Assembly (NCBI GenBank): GCA_037138355.1
Contig: JBAXIL010000023.1
Span: forward strand, 1 to 26,234
DNA length: 26,234 bases
Direction: 5' to 3'
DNA from: a bacterium
Lineage (GTDB): Bacteria; Oederibacteriota; PGYV01; Palsa-1178
Under the pieces are notes generated by a model. That model did not search any database. It saw nothing but the letters and a program-made list of their open reading frames with translations, and was not told the DNA's origin. Positions 16,889 to 26,223 of this stretch are shown here, piece by piece. Every line of letters starts with the position of its first letter. The first letter of the stretch is position 1. The translations under genes were made by a program, and so were the position numbers.

Positions 16889-18751
16889 ATGGCAAATCTC
16901 GAACTGTTAAAGAAAAAATGTGGGGAACAACATTTCAAAAAACTTGAAGCTCTAAATAATTCTGTCCTTTTAGATTTTGTTGCGAAATATGCCGAGGAAT
17001 GCGAGCCTGATTCTGTTTTTGTTTGCACGGATTCTGAAGCAGATGCCATATTAATGAGAAAAATGGCAGTTGATAAAGGTGAAGAGATCCCTTTAAATAT
17101 AGATGGACATACAATACATTTTGATGGAATGACTGATCAAGGAAGAGATCCAAAAAATACAAAATTTTTATATGAAAAGGGTAAAGAGCTTGAAGGCTTG
17201 ACTGGTATGGATAGAGAAGAAGGAAATGCAGAAATACACGGTCTGTTAAAAGGTATGATGAAAGGCCGCCAAATGCTGGTGCTTTTCTTTTCATTAGGAC
17301 CAGTAGATTCTCCATTCTATATTCCAGCTGTTCAGTTGACAGATTCGTATTATGTGGCACATTCGGAAATCATATTATATAGAAGGGGCTATGAAGGTTT
17401 TAAAAAAGCAAAGCCATCGACATTTTTTAAGGTAGTTCATGCTACTGGCGAAACAGAAAACGCTATTAGTAAAAATATTGATAAAAGAAGAATATATATT
17501 GATTTGAAAACAGAAACTGTTTACAGCGTAAATACGCAGTATGCGGGAAATACTGTGGGTTTTAAAAAACTGGCACTTAGACTTGCTATACAAAAGGCCT
17601 CAAAAGAAGGATGGCTTGCTGAACATATGTTCTTAATGGGTGTTAAAGGTCCTTGGGGCAGAAAATCATATTTTTCCGGTGCGTATCCTTCTATGTGTGG
17701 AAAAACTTCAACAGCTATGGTAGAAGGAGAAACTATAGTAGGAGATGATTTAGCATACTTGAGAAATGTTAATGGCACAGCGATGGCGGCTAATGTGGAA
17801 AAAGGAATATTCGGAATTATTCAGGATATTAATCCGAACGGAGATCCACTGATTTGGAAAGTTTTAGATACCCCTGGCGATGTGATATTTGGAAATGTTT
17901 TAGATGATAATGGCATACCGCGTTGGTTGGGGGACGGCAGAGAAAATCCTGCAAATGGAACAAACTTTTCAGGTGAATGGACGCATGTAAAAAAAGATGA
18001 AAAAGGTAATCCTATTCCATATGCTCATAAAAATGCAAGATATTCAATAAGCTTAGAAAATCTAAAAAATTGTGATTCGGCAATTAATGATAAAAAAGGT
18101 GTGAAACTTCAAGGTATAGTCTTTGGTGGAAGAGATTCTGATACATGGGTACCTGTTAGAGAATCTTTTGATTGGAATCACGGAGTTCTGGCTATGGGAG
18201 CATCTATAGAATCAGAAACAACCGCTGCAACCATAGGCAAAGAAGGCGAAAGAGTTTTTAATATAATGTCAAATATGGAGTTCTTGTCAATTTCAATACC
18301 TAAATATCTTGAGGATTATCTGGAATTTGGAAAAGGTCTTCATAAAGCCCCAAGAATATTTGCGTGCAATTATTTCTTAAGAGATATGAAGACAGGCAAA
18401 TGGTTAAACGGCGTAAAAGATAAAAGAGTATGGCTAAAATGGATGGAACTGCGTTCACACAATGAAGTGGATGCTATAAAATCCCCATCAGGTTTTATTC
18501 CTAAATATGAAGACCTGAAAAAACTCTTTACAAAAGTAATGAAAAAAGATTATACGATTGCGGACTATAATAGTCAGTTCATGATAAGGGTTCCTCAGAA
18601 CATAGCCAAGATAGACAGGATATTAGAGATATACACCAATAAAATACACGGCACACCTAAGATTCTTTTTGATGTTTTAAGGGAAGAAAAAGAAAGATTT
18701 GTTGCCTTGAAACTTAAGTCAGGTGACTTTGTAAATCCTGATAAGCTTTAA
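16889..18751 (+). CDS. pckG: Phosphoenolpyruvate carboxykinase (GTP)
   Basis: AGGAG RBS before ATG 16889; QLTDSYYVAHS, YAGNTVGFKK, GWLAEHM, P-loop YPSMCGKTS, VGDDLA, HKNARY, FGGR, NYFLR. Confidence 0.93.
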   Translation: MANLELLKKKCGEQHFKKLEALNNSVLLDFVAKYAEECEPDSVFVCTDSEADAILMRKMAVDKGEEIPLNIDGHTIHFDGMTDQGRDPKNTKFLYEKGKELEGLTGMDREEGNAEIHGLLKGMMKGRQMLVLFFSLGPVDSPFYIPAVQLTDSYYVAHSEIILYRRGYEGFKKAKPSTFFKVVHATGETENAISKNIDKRRIYIDLKTETVYSVNTQYAGNTVGFKKLALRLAIQKASKEGWLAEHMFLMGVKGPWGRKSYFSGAYPSMCGKTSTAMVEGETIVGDDLAYLRNVNGTAMAANVEKGIFGIIQDINPNGDPLIWKVLDTPGDVIFGNVLDDNGIPRWLGDGRENPANGTNFSGEWTHVKKDEKGNPIPYAHKNARYSISLENLKNCDSAINDKKGVKLQGIVFGGRDSDTWVPVRESFDWNHGVLAMGASIESETTAATIGKEGERVFNIMSNMEFLSISIPKYLEDYLEFGKGLHKAPRIFACNYFLRDMKTGKWLNGVKDKRVWLKWMELRSHNEVDAIKSPSGFIPKYEDLKKLFTKVMKKDYTIADYNSQFMIRVPQNIAKIDRILEIYTNKIHGTPKILFDVLREEKERFVALKLKSGDFVNPDKL

Positions 18752-18817
18752 ATATTTATTCATACAATCTTAACAAAACGAATTATATGCTTTAAATAAA
18801 GGCGCTTTTTATACGAG

Positions 18818-18845
18818 TTGACAAACAGATATACTATGATATATT
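18818..18845 (+). promoter_or_regulatory. Putative sigma70 promoter of the DUF47-pit operon
   Basis: TTGACA (18818-23), 16-nt spacer, TATATT with extended TG (18837-38). Confidence 0.45.
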
Positions 18846-18914
18846 GAACTTAAGTTAAATTTCAAATAATCAGAAAAGCATTCTATTAATTTTAAAACAT
18901 AAAAGGAGATATTT

Positions 18915-19541
18915 ATGCTTAGCAAACTATTCCCAAAAGAGTTCAATTTTGTTGATTTTTTTGACAAGGAAATGGGTTATGTAGAAGAAGCCGCGCACCT
19001 ATTCAAAACGATAGTAAAACACGGTGAAGTCACAGATGAGTTTCGTGAAAAAATGCGTGATATTGAGCATAATGGAGATAAAATGACTTATGCAATTATA
19101 GAACACTTGAATAAAACTTTTATAACTCCTTTTGACAGAGAAGATATACATTCTCTGGCAAAAAAACTTGATGATGTGAACGATAGTTTAAATACAATTA
19201 CCAGTAGAATGAAAGTTTTTAGGATTACAAAACCTAATAAATATTTAATTGAGTTTTCTGAAATTATTGAAAACGCTTGTATGTCTCTTGGCGTTGCAGT
19301 CAGAGGGCTTAGGCATTTAAAAAATATGGCAGTAGTGCTTGAGGCATGCAAACAGGTTGGAAAGTATGAAAGTGAAGGAGACAAGCTTCGCAACATAGCT
19401 TTGGGAGATTTAGTAGATAATGAAAAAGATCCTATTGAGTTTATAAAGTGGAAAGAAATTTATCAAATTTCTGAAACGGTACTTGATATATGTAAGTATG
19501 TAGGGCATGTGGTGGAAGCTATAATGGTAAAACAAGCATAA
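18915..19541 (+). CDS. DUF47/PhoU-like phosphate transport regulator
   Basis: IEHNGD, LNKTFITPFDREDI, ESEGD, IKWKEIY motifs; directly upstream of pit; AGGAG RBS. Confidence 0.92.
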   Translation: MLSKLFPKEFNFVDFFDKEMGYVEEAAHLFKTIVKHGEVTDEFREKMRDIEHNGDKMTYAIIEHLNKTFITPFDREDIHSLAKKLDDVNDSLNTITSRMKVFRITKPNKYLIEFSEIIENACMSLGVAVRGLRHLKNMAVVLEACKQVGKYESEGDKLRNIALGDLVDNEKDPIEFIKWKEIYQISETVLDICKYVGHVVEAIMVKQA

Positions 19542-19566
19542 GGAAATTAACTAAACAGGAGTTCAG

Positions 19567-20559
19567 ATGACTGTAACTATAATATTTTTAATAGTGTTAG
19601 CTTTAGCTTTTGATTTTTTAAATGGTTTTCATGATTCCGCCAATTCAATTGCAACGGTAGTTTCTACTCGTGTCTTGTCTCCTATGCAGGCGGTTATATG
19701 GGCAGCCGTATTTAATGTGCTTGCTTTCTTTTTCTTTGGTGACCATGTGGCAAAAACTTTGGGAAAAGGAATAATTGACATTAATATCGTTGATCAAACT
19801 GTCATATTTGCCGCATTAATGGGTGCTTGTTTGTGGAATATTATTACTTGGTATTACGGATTGCCTTCTAGTTCATCCCATGCCCTTGTAGGAGGTCTGA
19901 TAGGGGCGGCACTTGTCAAGACTGGAATAAGCGGTCTTGTTTGGGCTGGAATATCTAAGACATTAATCTTTATTTTAATAGCACCAGTAGCGGGATATAT
20001 TTTAGGGCAGATTATAGGACTAATAGTATATTGGCTTAGTAAAAATTCTACACCTGGGAAGGTCGATCACTTATTTAGGAAAGGGCAGTTGTTATCTGCT
20101 GCTATGTATTCAATGGGACATGGCGGAAATGATGCTCAAAAAACAGCAGGTATTATTTCCAGTTTGCTTTTTTCGGCAGGATTATTAGGTAAGGACTTTT
20201 CTATACCGCCATGGGTTGCGCTTATGTGTTATTTTGTAATAGGTCTTGGAACTATATTTGGAGGATGGCGCATTGTAAAGACAATGGGGCAAAAAGTTGC
20301 AAAATTAAAGCCAATAGATGGATTTGCTGCTGAATCAAGTGCAGCAGTAAGTCTTTTTGTAGCAACTTCAATGGGCGTTCCTGTATCGACTACTCATACA
20401 ATTACTGGTGCTATCATGGGTGTTGGTTCACTAAAACGGAAAAGTGCAGTTAGATGGGGAACCGCTGGAAATATAGTTTGGGCATGGGTATTGACTATAC
20501 CTCTTGCAGGTTTAATGTCTGCTGGCGCTTATGTCCTTGGGAAAATGTTTATTCATTAA
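19567..20559 (+). CDS. pit: Inorganic phosphate transporter, PiT family
   Basis: NGFHDSANSIAT, GLPSSSSHA, HGGNDAQK, GVPVSTTH signature motifs. Confidence 0.95.
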   Translation: MTVTIIFLIVLALAFDFLNGFHDSANSIATVVSTRVLSPMQAVIWAAVFNVLAFFFFGDHVAKTLGKGIIDINIVDQTVIFAALMGACLWNIITWYYGLPSSSSHALVGGLIGAALVKTGISGLVWAGISKTLIFILIAPVAGYILGQIIGLIVYWLSKNSTPGKVDHLFRKGQLLSAAMYSMGHGGNDAQKTAGIISSLLFSAGLLGKDFSIPPWVALMCYFVIGLGTIFGGWRIVKTMGQKVAKLKPIDGFAAESSAAVSLFVATSMGVPVSTTHTITGAIMGVGSLKRKSAVRWGTAGNIVWAWVLTIPLAGLMSAGAYVLGKMFIH

Positions 20560-20560
20560 G

Positions 20561-20610
20561 TGTTATAATGGATTTTTGTTAATGAAGAATTGCTTTCTAT
20601 ATGTTATAAT
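20561..20610 (+). promoter_or_regulatory. Two extended -10 elements upstream of bioY
   Basis: Identical TGTTATAAT at 20561-69 and 20602-10; no good -35 for either. Confidence 0.4.
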
Positions 20611-20643
20611 ACAATATAAAGAAAAAAATGAAGAGGTGATTTA

Positions 20644-21192
20644 ATGAATAACATTCTGACAAAAGAAATAGTAATCAGCAAAACAAAAGAAAGAATTCTA
20701 ATGGTTTTATTTTTTTCGTTTCTAACATTTATTGCTGCCTTCATTAAAATCTATACGCCTATTTCACCAGTTCCTTTTACCTTTCAGACATTTGTGCTTT
20801 TTATGTCAGTATATTATTTAAGTGCTAAAGAAAATGGAATAGCACAATCGTTTTATATCTTAACAGGTATGATTGGATTACCAGTCTTTGCTGCAGGATT
20901 AGTAGGGGCTTTGATTATGGTAGGACCTACTGCTGGATATCTCTTGGGTTTTATAGTTTCTGCATTTTTAATGTCGCTTATGATTTCAAAAGTAGGAAAG
21001 TTGAGCTTCGTCAAAGCCTCACTGATATTTACTGCAGGTTCTTTATTAATTCTAACTTTAGGTACGGCGCATCTTGTTTTGGTTTATAAAATGAATTTCA
21101 TGGCTGCACTTACTGCTGGATTTATTCCGTTTATTCCTACCGAGATATTGAAGATTGCTGCGGCAGCAGGCTTTTACGGATTAAATAAATAA
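20644..21192 (+). CDS. bioY: Biotin transporter BioY (ECF S component)
   Basis: PVPFTFQT, GLPVFAAG, GPTAGYLLGF and PFIP motifs; six hydrophobic helices. Confidence 0.92.
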   Translation: MNNILTKEIVISKTKERILMVLFFSFLTFIAAFIKIYTPISPVPFTFQTFVLFMSVYYLSAKENGIAQSFYILTGMIGLPVFAAGLVGALIMVGPTAGYLLGFIVSAFLMSLMISKVGKLSFVKASLIFTAGSLLILTLGTAHLVLVYKMNFMAALTAGFIPFIPTEILKIAAAAGFYGLNK

Positions 21193-21247
21193 ACACAAAG
21201 CAGTAAGCCTGCTCTGATTAAAGAAAATAAAAAAGGCGGGCAACACT

Positions 21248-22810
21248 ATGGATTTATCAAATAAACTTAACATATCCCATACTATAAAACATGAACTGGG
21301 AATTAACCTAACTCCTGAAATGCGTATGCGCTTGAGTATATTACAAGCCACTCTTCCTGAACTTACTGATATATTAAATAAAGAAATATCTGAAAATCCT
21401 TTACTTGATGGTTTTGATGAAGAGGATGAAGATCCAACTTTAAAAGGCGAAGTCACAGACAAAGAAGAATCAACAGATGATGATGAGGTTTCGGCTAAAA
21501 GCGAGACAACTGACAATAGCGATTTAGCAGATTCAGATTCTGAATATAATGCAAAAGAAGAAATAAGAGAAAAAAAAGACGAAACAGAAGACCTTAAAAT
21601 GTCGGAAAACGATCCGCATTTGGATGAATTTGATTCAGGTCAATATGAGAACAATTTTGAAAATGAAAACTACATAAAAAATCCTACACCTGATTACAAT
21701 CCTGAAATGGGCAAGTTTGATGAGTATAAATATAATTCAATGACGCACGAAGAAGAAGATACATTAGCATATGAATTAATTACACAACTTAATGCGCTTC
21801 ATTTATCGGATGAACTATATTTAAGTGTGAACTTACTTATTTTAAATCTCAATAAAAATGGTTTTCTGGAAACTCCTTTGACTGAAATTGCTGAAGTAAA
21901 TTCGTTTTCAGTAGAGGTTTTGGCTAAAGGCCTTGAAATACTTCGTTTATTTGAACCAAGTGGTGTTGGTGCTTCTAATGTTGAAGAATCGTTATTAATA
22001 CAGTTGCAGCAAAAGGGTTTAAAGGATTCTTTAGCATATCAAATTATAGAAAAGCATTTTGACCTTTTCACAAGGCGAAATTTTGAAAAACTTGCCCAGA
22101 TATTTAAAGTTAAAGAAGTAGATATAAAAAATGCTGGGGAAACTATAAAAGAACTTAATCCGTCTCCGATTAGCAATTTTTCTGATGTGGCAAGTGAATA
22201 TGTAGTGCCAGATGTAATAGTAACTGAAGAAAACGGAAAATATACAATAAATGTGCCTTCTAATTTTCCCATTATGAGAGTGAATAAGAAACTTATAAAG
22301 CAATACAAGGAAAATAAGCAAACAAGTGATTTTATTAAAACTTATGAAGCAAGAATTAAAGAAATAATGAGGGGTCTTGAGGAACGCACTAAGACAATAG
22401 AAAAAATAATAAAAAAAATTATTACAATTCAGGACGGTTATTTACATAGTGAAGAGGCAGGTTTAAAACCGCTTACTTACAAGGAAATTGCATTAGATGC
22501 AGGAGTTTCTGAGTCAACAGTATCAAGGGTTGTCTCAAAAAAGTACATACAGTTGCCGACAGGTGTGTTTCCTTTGAAAAAGTTCTTTACAACTGGTGTT
22601 GAAACAAGCAATGGCGGTGGATTGATGTCAAATGCGGTTATAAAGGCCAAGATAAAGGATATAATTAATTCAGAAGATAGCAAAAATCCAATAAATGACA
22701 CTGATATTGAAAAAATATTGAAAGAACAGGGTATTCCTGTAGCACGCAGAACAGTAACAAAGTATAGGGAACAACTGGCATTTCTGCCAGCAAACCTAAG
22801 AAAGAAATAG
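21248..22810 (+). CDS. rpoN: RNA polymerase sigma-54 factor
   Basis: ENPLL, long acidic region II, EPSGVGA, PDV, LKPLT...ESTVSR HTH, LKKFF, RpoN box ARRTVTKYRE. Confidence 0.96.
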   Translation: MDLSNKLNISHTIKHELGINLTPEMRMRLSILQATLPELTDILNKEISENPLLDGFDEEDEDPTLKGEVTDKEESTDDDEVSAKSETTDNSDLADSDSEYNAKEEIREKKDETEDLKMSENDPHLDEFDSGQYENNFENENYIKNPTPDYNPEMGKFDEYKYNSMTHEEEDTLAYELITQLNALHLSDELYLSVNLLILNLNKNGFLETPLTEIAEVNSFSVEVLAKGLEILRLFEPSGVGASNVEESLLIQLQQKGLKDSLAYQIIEKHFDLFTRRNFEKLAQIFKVKEVDIKNAGETIKELNPSPISNFSDVASEYVVPDVIVTEENGKYTINVPSNFPIMRVNKKLIKQYKENKQTSDFIKTYEARIKEIMRGLEERTKTIEKIIKKIITIQDGYLHSEEAGLKPLTYKEIALDAGVSESTVSRVVSKKYIQLPTGVFPLKKFFTTGVETSNGGGLMSNAVIKAKIKDIINSEDSKNPINDTDIEKILKEQGIPVARRTVTKYREQLAFLPANLRKK

Positions 22811-22822
22811 TTTTAGAATAGA

Positions 22823-22851
22823 TTGACAGAAGTTTTATAATGTGGTATTTT
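22823..22851 (+). promoter_or_regulatory. Putative sigma70 promoter of hpf-ptsN-hprK
   Basis: TTGACA, 17-nt spacer, TATTTT with extended TG (22843-44); same layout as the pckG candidate. Confidence 0.55.
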
Positions 22852-22916
22852 TAATAATACGCTATTTTACAAGGAAATATGCGTATTAATTACACAAAAA
22901 CATGGAGGTGTTATTC

Positions 22917-23465
22917 GTGGAGATTACTATAACTGGTAGGCATGTAGCTCTTACCAAAGCCATAAAACAGTACGCTGATAAAAAGTTCAAGAAAATAGAG
23001 GAATATTTTGATTTTAAGGAACATGGACAATTGCATGTTATTGTTGAAGTTCAAAAGTATAGGCATATGGCTGAAGCCAATTTATCCTCAAAAGGGCACA
23101 AATTTTCAGCAAAAGTTGAAACGAAAGACTTGTATTCATCTATTGATATGATAGAAGATAAGCTGCTTTCACAAATCAAAAAATTAAAAAGCAAATTTGA
23201 CAAAAAAGATAAAAAACAAACAAACAGAATAAACATTTTGGCAAATATGGGTACTATTACAAATACAAAAGGTGAAGATTTTAATGAAATAGTAGAAGAA
23301 GAGGAATTACAGGCAATAAAACCAATGAATACAGAAGAAGCGGTAGAAGAACTGGAAATAGCAAGAGAACCTATAATGATGTTTTTTAATGTGGACTTTA
23401 ATAAGGTCTGCCTTCTCAGAAAGCGTAAGGACGGTAAATACGGCCTAACTATTTCAAAATATTAA
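22917..23465 (+). CDS. hpf: Ribosome hibernation promoting factor, long form (HPF/RaiA)
   Basis: GGAGGTG RBS (22904-10) before GTG 22917; ITGRHVALT, DLYSSID, and the long-HPF C-domain KPMNTEEAV...RKDGKYGL. Confidence 0.92.
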   Translation: MEITITGRHVALTKAIKQYADKKFKKIEEYFDFKEHGQLHVIVEVQKYRHMAEANLSSKGHKFSAKVETKDLYSSIDMIEDKLLSQIKKLKSKFDKKDKKQTNRINILANMGTITNTKGEDFNEIVEEEELQAIKPMNTEEAVEELEIAREPIMMFFNVDFNKVCLLRKRKDGKYGLTISKY

Positions 23466-23480
23466 ACGAGGTGATTTAGA

Positions 23481-23945
23481 ATGAGAATTATGGATTTCTT
23501 AGATAAAGAAAGCATAGAACTTAACATAAAATCAAAGACAAAGAAAGAAGTAATAGAAGAGCTTGTGGACATGTTGGATAAAAAAGGTTTAATAATAGAT
23601 AAAAAAGTAACTATAGAATCACTTATGGAAAGAGAAGAGCTTGGTTCCACTGGAGTAGGACAAGGAATTGCTATACCTCACAGCAAAACAAAGGGTGTAA
23701 AAGAACTCATAGCAGCATTTGGTGTGTCCAAAGCGGGAGTAAGTTTTAATGCATTAGACGGAGAAAATGTTAATATATTTTTTCTTTTATTAGCACCAGA
23801 GGGAGCTGCCGGGCTTATGTTAAAGGCGCTTGCCAGAGTTTCTAATTTCTTAAAAAATAAGTATTACAGAATAAAAATTATGGAAGCTGCTGATAAGGCT
23901 GCCGTAATAGCAACTATAGAGGAAGAGGAAAGGACCAAGCAGTAG
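23481..23945 (+). CDS. ptsN: PTS EIIA (Fru/Ntr-type) component
   Basis: REELGSTGVGQGIAIPH phospho-His motif; location in the rpoN-hpf cluster. Confidence 0.88.
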   Translation: MRIMDFLDKESIELNIKSKTKKEVIEELVDMLDKKGLIIDKKVTIESLMEREELGSTGVGQGIAIPHSKTKGVKELIAAFGVSKAGVSFNALDGENVNIFFLLLAPEGAAGLMLKALARVSNFLKNKYYRIKIMEAADKAAVIATIEEEERTKQ

Positions 23946-23996
23946 AGGTCTTTTGTTTTGATCGTTAATCCTGCGGCCTGGAGGACTTAATTCGGT

Positions 23997-24962
23997 ATGA
24001 ATCATATTACTGTAAAAGAATTCTATAATGATAATAAGAATAAGTTCCATTTAAGAATGCTCTCCGGTCAGGATTATTTTTCCAAAAAAAAAATAATCGT
24101 TTCTGATATTAATAGACCAGGTTTGGCCTTGTCTGGATTTTTTGATTATTTTCCGTATGAGAGAATTCAGGTTTTTGGTAAAACCGAATTCACTTACATA
24201 AAGAAACTCGGTAGAGAAAAGGCAAACAAAGTTCTTGAAAAAATATTTTCTGAAAATATATGTTGTTGTGTTATCACAAGAAATCTAAAGCCACCTTTTA
24301 ATTTTATTTCCATTGCCCAAAAATACAAAATCCCTGTATTATTAACTTCACTTTTTACTACAAAATTAATAAGTTCTGCTATGATTTATTTGGAAAAAAA
24401 GTTAGCGCCTAAAATTACAATACACGGAACTTTTGTGGATGTATATGGCATAGGCGTACTCATGACAGGAAAAAGCGGAACTGGAAAAAGCGAGATAGCG
24501 CTTGAACTTGTAAAAAGAGGACATAGATTAGTGGCTGATGACCTGATAGAAATCACAAAACTATCAGATGAGGTGATAGAAGGTCGGGGCATTTCAATTA
24601 TACAGCATCACATGGAAGTTAGAGGTATTGGCATAATAGATATTCGTAATCTTTTTGGAGTTGGTGCTGTTAGGGATGACCAAAAAGTGCAGTTGGTTGT
24701 GCATTTAGAGGAGTGGGAAAAAGGTAAAGATTATGAAAGACTCGGACTTGATGATATATATGAAAATGTGGTAGATGTTCAGATTCCGAAGATAGTACTT
24801 CCGGTTAAACCGGGACGCAATTTGAGCGTGATAATAGAAGTTGCGGCTATGACACAGCGTTTAAAATCGCATGGATACAATCCAGCAAAAGAGCTTAATA
24901 AAAATATAATTAAATGGATGAAAACGCCACAAAAAGAGAGGCAAAATGTTTCAGATAAATAA
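23997..24962 (+). CDS. hprK: HPr(Ser) kinase/phosphorylase
   Basis: INRPGLAL, IHG, Walker A GKSGTGKSE, GHRLVADD, EVRGIGII, PVKPGRN. Confidence 0.97.
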   Translation: MNHITVKEFYNDNKNKFHLRMLSGQDYFSKKKIIVSDINRPGLALSGFFDYFPYERIQVFGKTEFTYIKKLGREKANKVLEKIFSENICCCVITRNLKPPFNFISIAQKYKIPVLLTSLFTTKLISSAMIYLEKKLAPKITIHGTFVDVYGIGVLMTGKSGTGKSEIALELVKRGHRLVADDLIEITKLSDEVIEGRGISIIQHHMEVRGIGIIDIRNLFGVGAVRDDQKVQLVVHLEEWEKGKDYERLGLDDIYENVVDVQIPKIVLPVKPGRNLSVIIEVAAMTQRLKSHGYNPAKELNKNIIKWMKTPQKERQNVSDK

Positions 24963-26223
24963 ATGGTTATATCCTGGCATAAGGATAAAGAGATGGGTTT
25001 TTTTATTTATTTTAAGTGTCATTGTATTAATTGCGGGATTTTCCGGAGTGCTTGGTGATTTTTTTAAAAATGTTAGGATAGCAAGAGGTATAATAAATAT
25101 AGATCATTTCTTTAAATATTTACAGAAGCTAAAGGCCATGGATTATTTCATGATAGTCCTCGCAATCGGTGGTATAATGCTGGCTTGGAGAAGGGCTTCT
25201 TTTGCCGTTCTGACAATCATTGCACCAAATAAAGAAAGAGAGTTTTTAAATAGAGCATATCAAAATGCCAAATTATTAAGAGGTCCAAAAATAGTCGCAA
25301 TCGGCGGCGGAACTGGAATGCCAAATGTTTTAAGGGGAATGAAGGATTTAACCGGAAACTTATCAGCTGTAGTTACAGTATCAGACGATGGCGGTTCTTC
25401 TGGCAGATTAAGAAAAGATTATCAGATACTTCCGCCAGGTGATATTAGAAATTGTTTAGTGGCTTTAGCAGACGAAGAAACTCTTTTAGGAAGGCTTTTT
25501 CAATACAGATTTTCAAAAGGAAAAGAATTAAAAGGGCATAATTTTGGAAATATATTTATTACTGCTTTAAGTCATGTGGTAGGAGATTTTCCAACGGCAG
25601 TAAATGAATCTTCAAAAGTTCTTGCTATACGAGGACAAGTATTGCCAGTTTCTCTTGAAAACTTACAGCTGAGAGCAAAGCTAATAGATGGCAGAACAAT
25701 AATAGGCGAATCAAATATACCAAAAGCGAATGCGAAAATAGATAGAGTTTATATAGTTCCAAAAAAATGCTCACCTTATGGACCTGCTATAGAAGCCATA
25801 AAAAATGCAGATGCTGTAATAATAGGACCTGGAAGTTTATACACCTCAATAATTCCAAATTTGCTCGTACCTGGTATTAAGGAAGCTCTCATGAATACAA
25901 AATCGGTAAAAATCTATATATGTAATATTATGACACAAAGCGGAGAAACAGATGATTTTACTGTGTCTGAACATTTGAAAGCCATTTTTAAACACACGGG
26001 TGTTAAAGTAGTGGATTATGTCATAGCCAATAATAAAATGCCAAAAGATGATGTCTTAAAAAGATATGAAAAAGAAAAAGCTCTTCCGGTAAAAATTGAC
26101 AAGGAAGCTATATCAAGTCTTGGAGTGGGTTTGATTCAAGGAAAACTGTTTATTGATGGTCCGTATATAAGGCACTCACCACAGCAGCTTGCAAGAATGA
26201 TAATGAAATCTATTATAGTATAA
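24946..26223 (+). CDS. yvcK: YvcK/GlmR family gluconeogenesis factor (CofD-like) with N-terminal membrane anchor
   Basis: KWLYPGIRIKRW N-terminus with two TM helices; IGGGTG, DDGGSSGRLR, PPGDIRN, GHNFGN, GPGSLYTS, NIMTQ.GET. Confidence 0.92.
   Translation: MFQINKWLYPGIRIKRWVFLFILSVIVLIAGFSGVLGDFFKNVRIARGIINIDHFFKYLQKLKAMDYFMIVLAIGGIMLAWRRASFAVLTIIAPNKEREFLNRAYQNAKLLRGPKIVAIGGGTGMPNVLRGMKDLTGNLSAVVTVSDDGGSSGRLRKDYQILPPGDIRNCLVALADEETLLGRLFQYRFSKGKELKGHNFGNIFITALSHVVGDFPTAVNESSKVLAIRGQVLPVSLENLQLRAKLIDGRTIIGESNIPKANAKIDRVYIVPKKCSPYGPAIEAIKNADAVIIGPGSLYTSIIPNLLVPGIKEALMNTKSVKIYICNIMTQSGETDDFTVSEHLKAIFKHTGVKVVDYVIANNKMPKDDVLKRYEKEKALPVKIDKEAISSLGVGLIQGKLFIDGPYIRHSPQQLARMIMKSIIV

Noticed and set aside
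18794..18812. AAAGGCGCTTTT as a pckG terminator or cre/LacI-type site
   Set aside because: No room for a loop and the dyad is imperfect; too weak in AT-rich DNA.
20576..20612. BirA operator upstream of bioY
   Set aside because: Half-sites TGTTAAT and GTTATAA and their 18-nt spacing fit the TGTtAAC-N14-16-GTTaACA consensus poorly.
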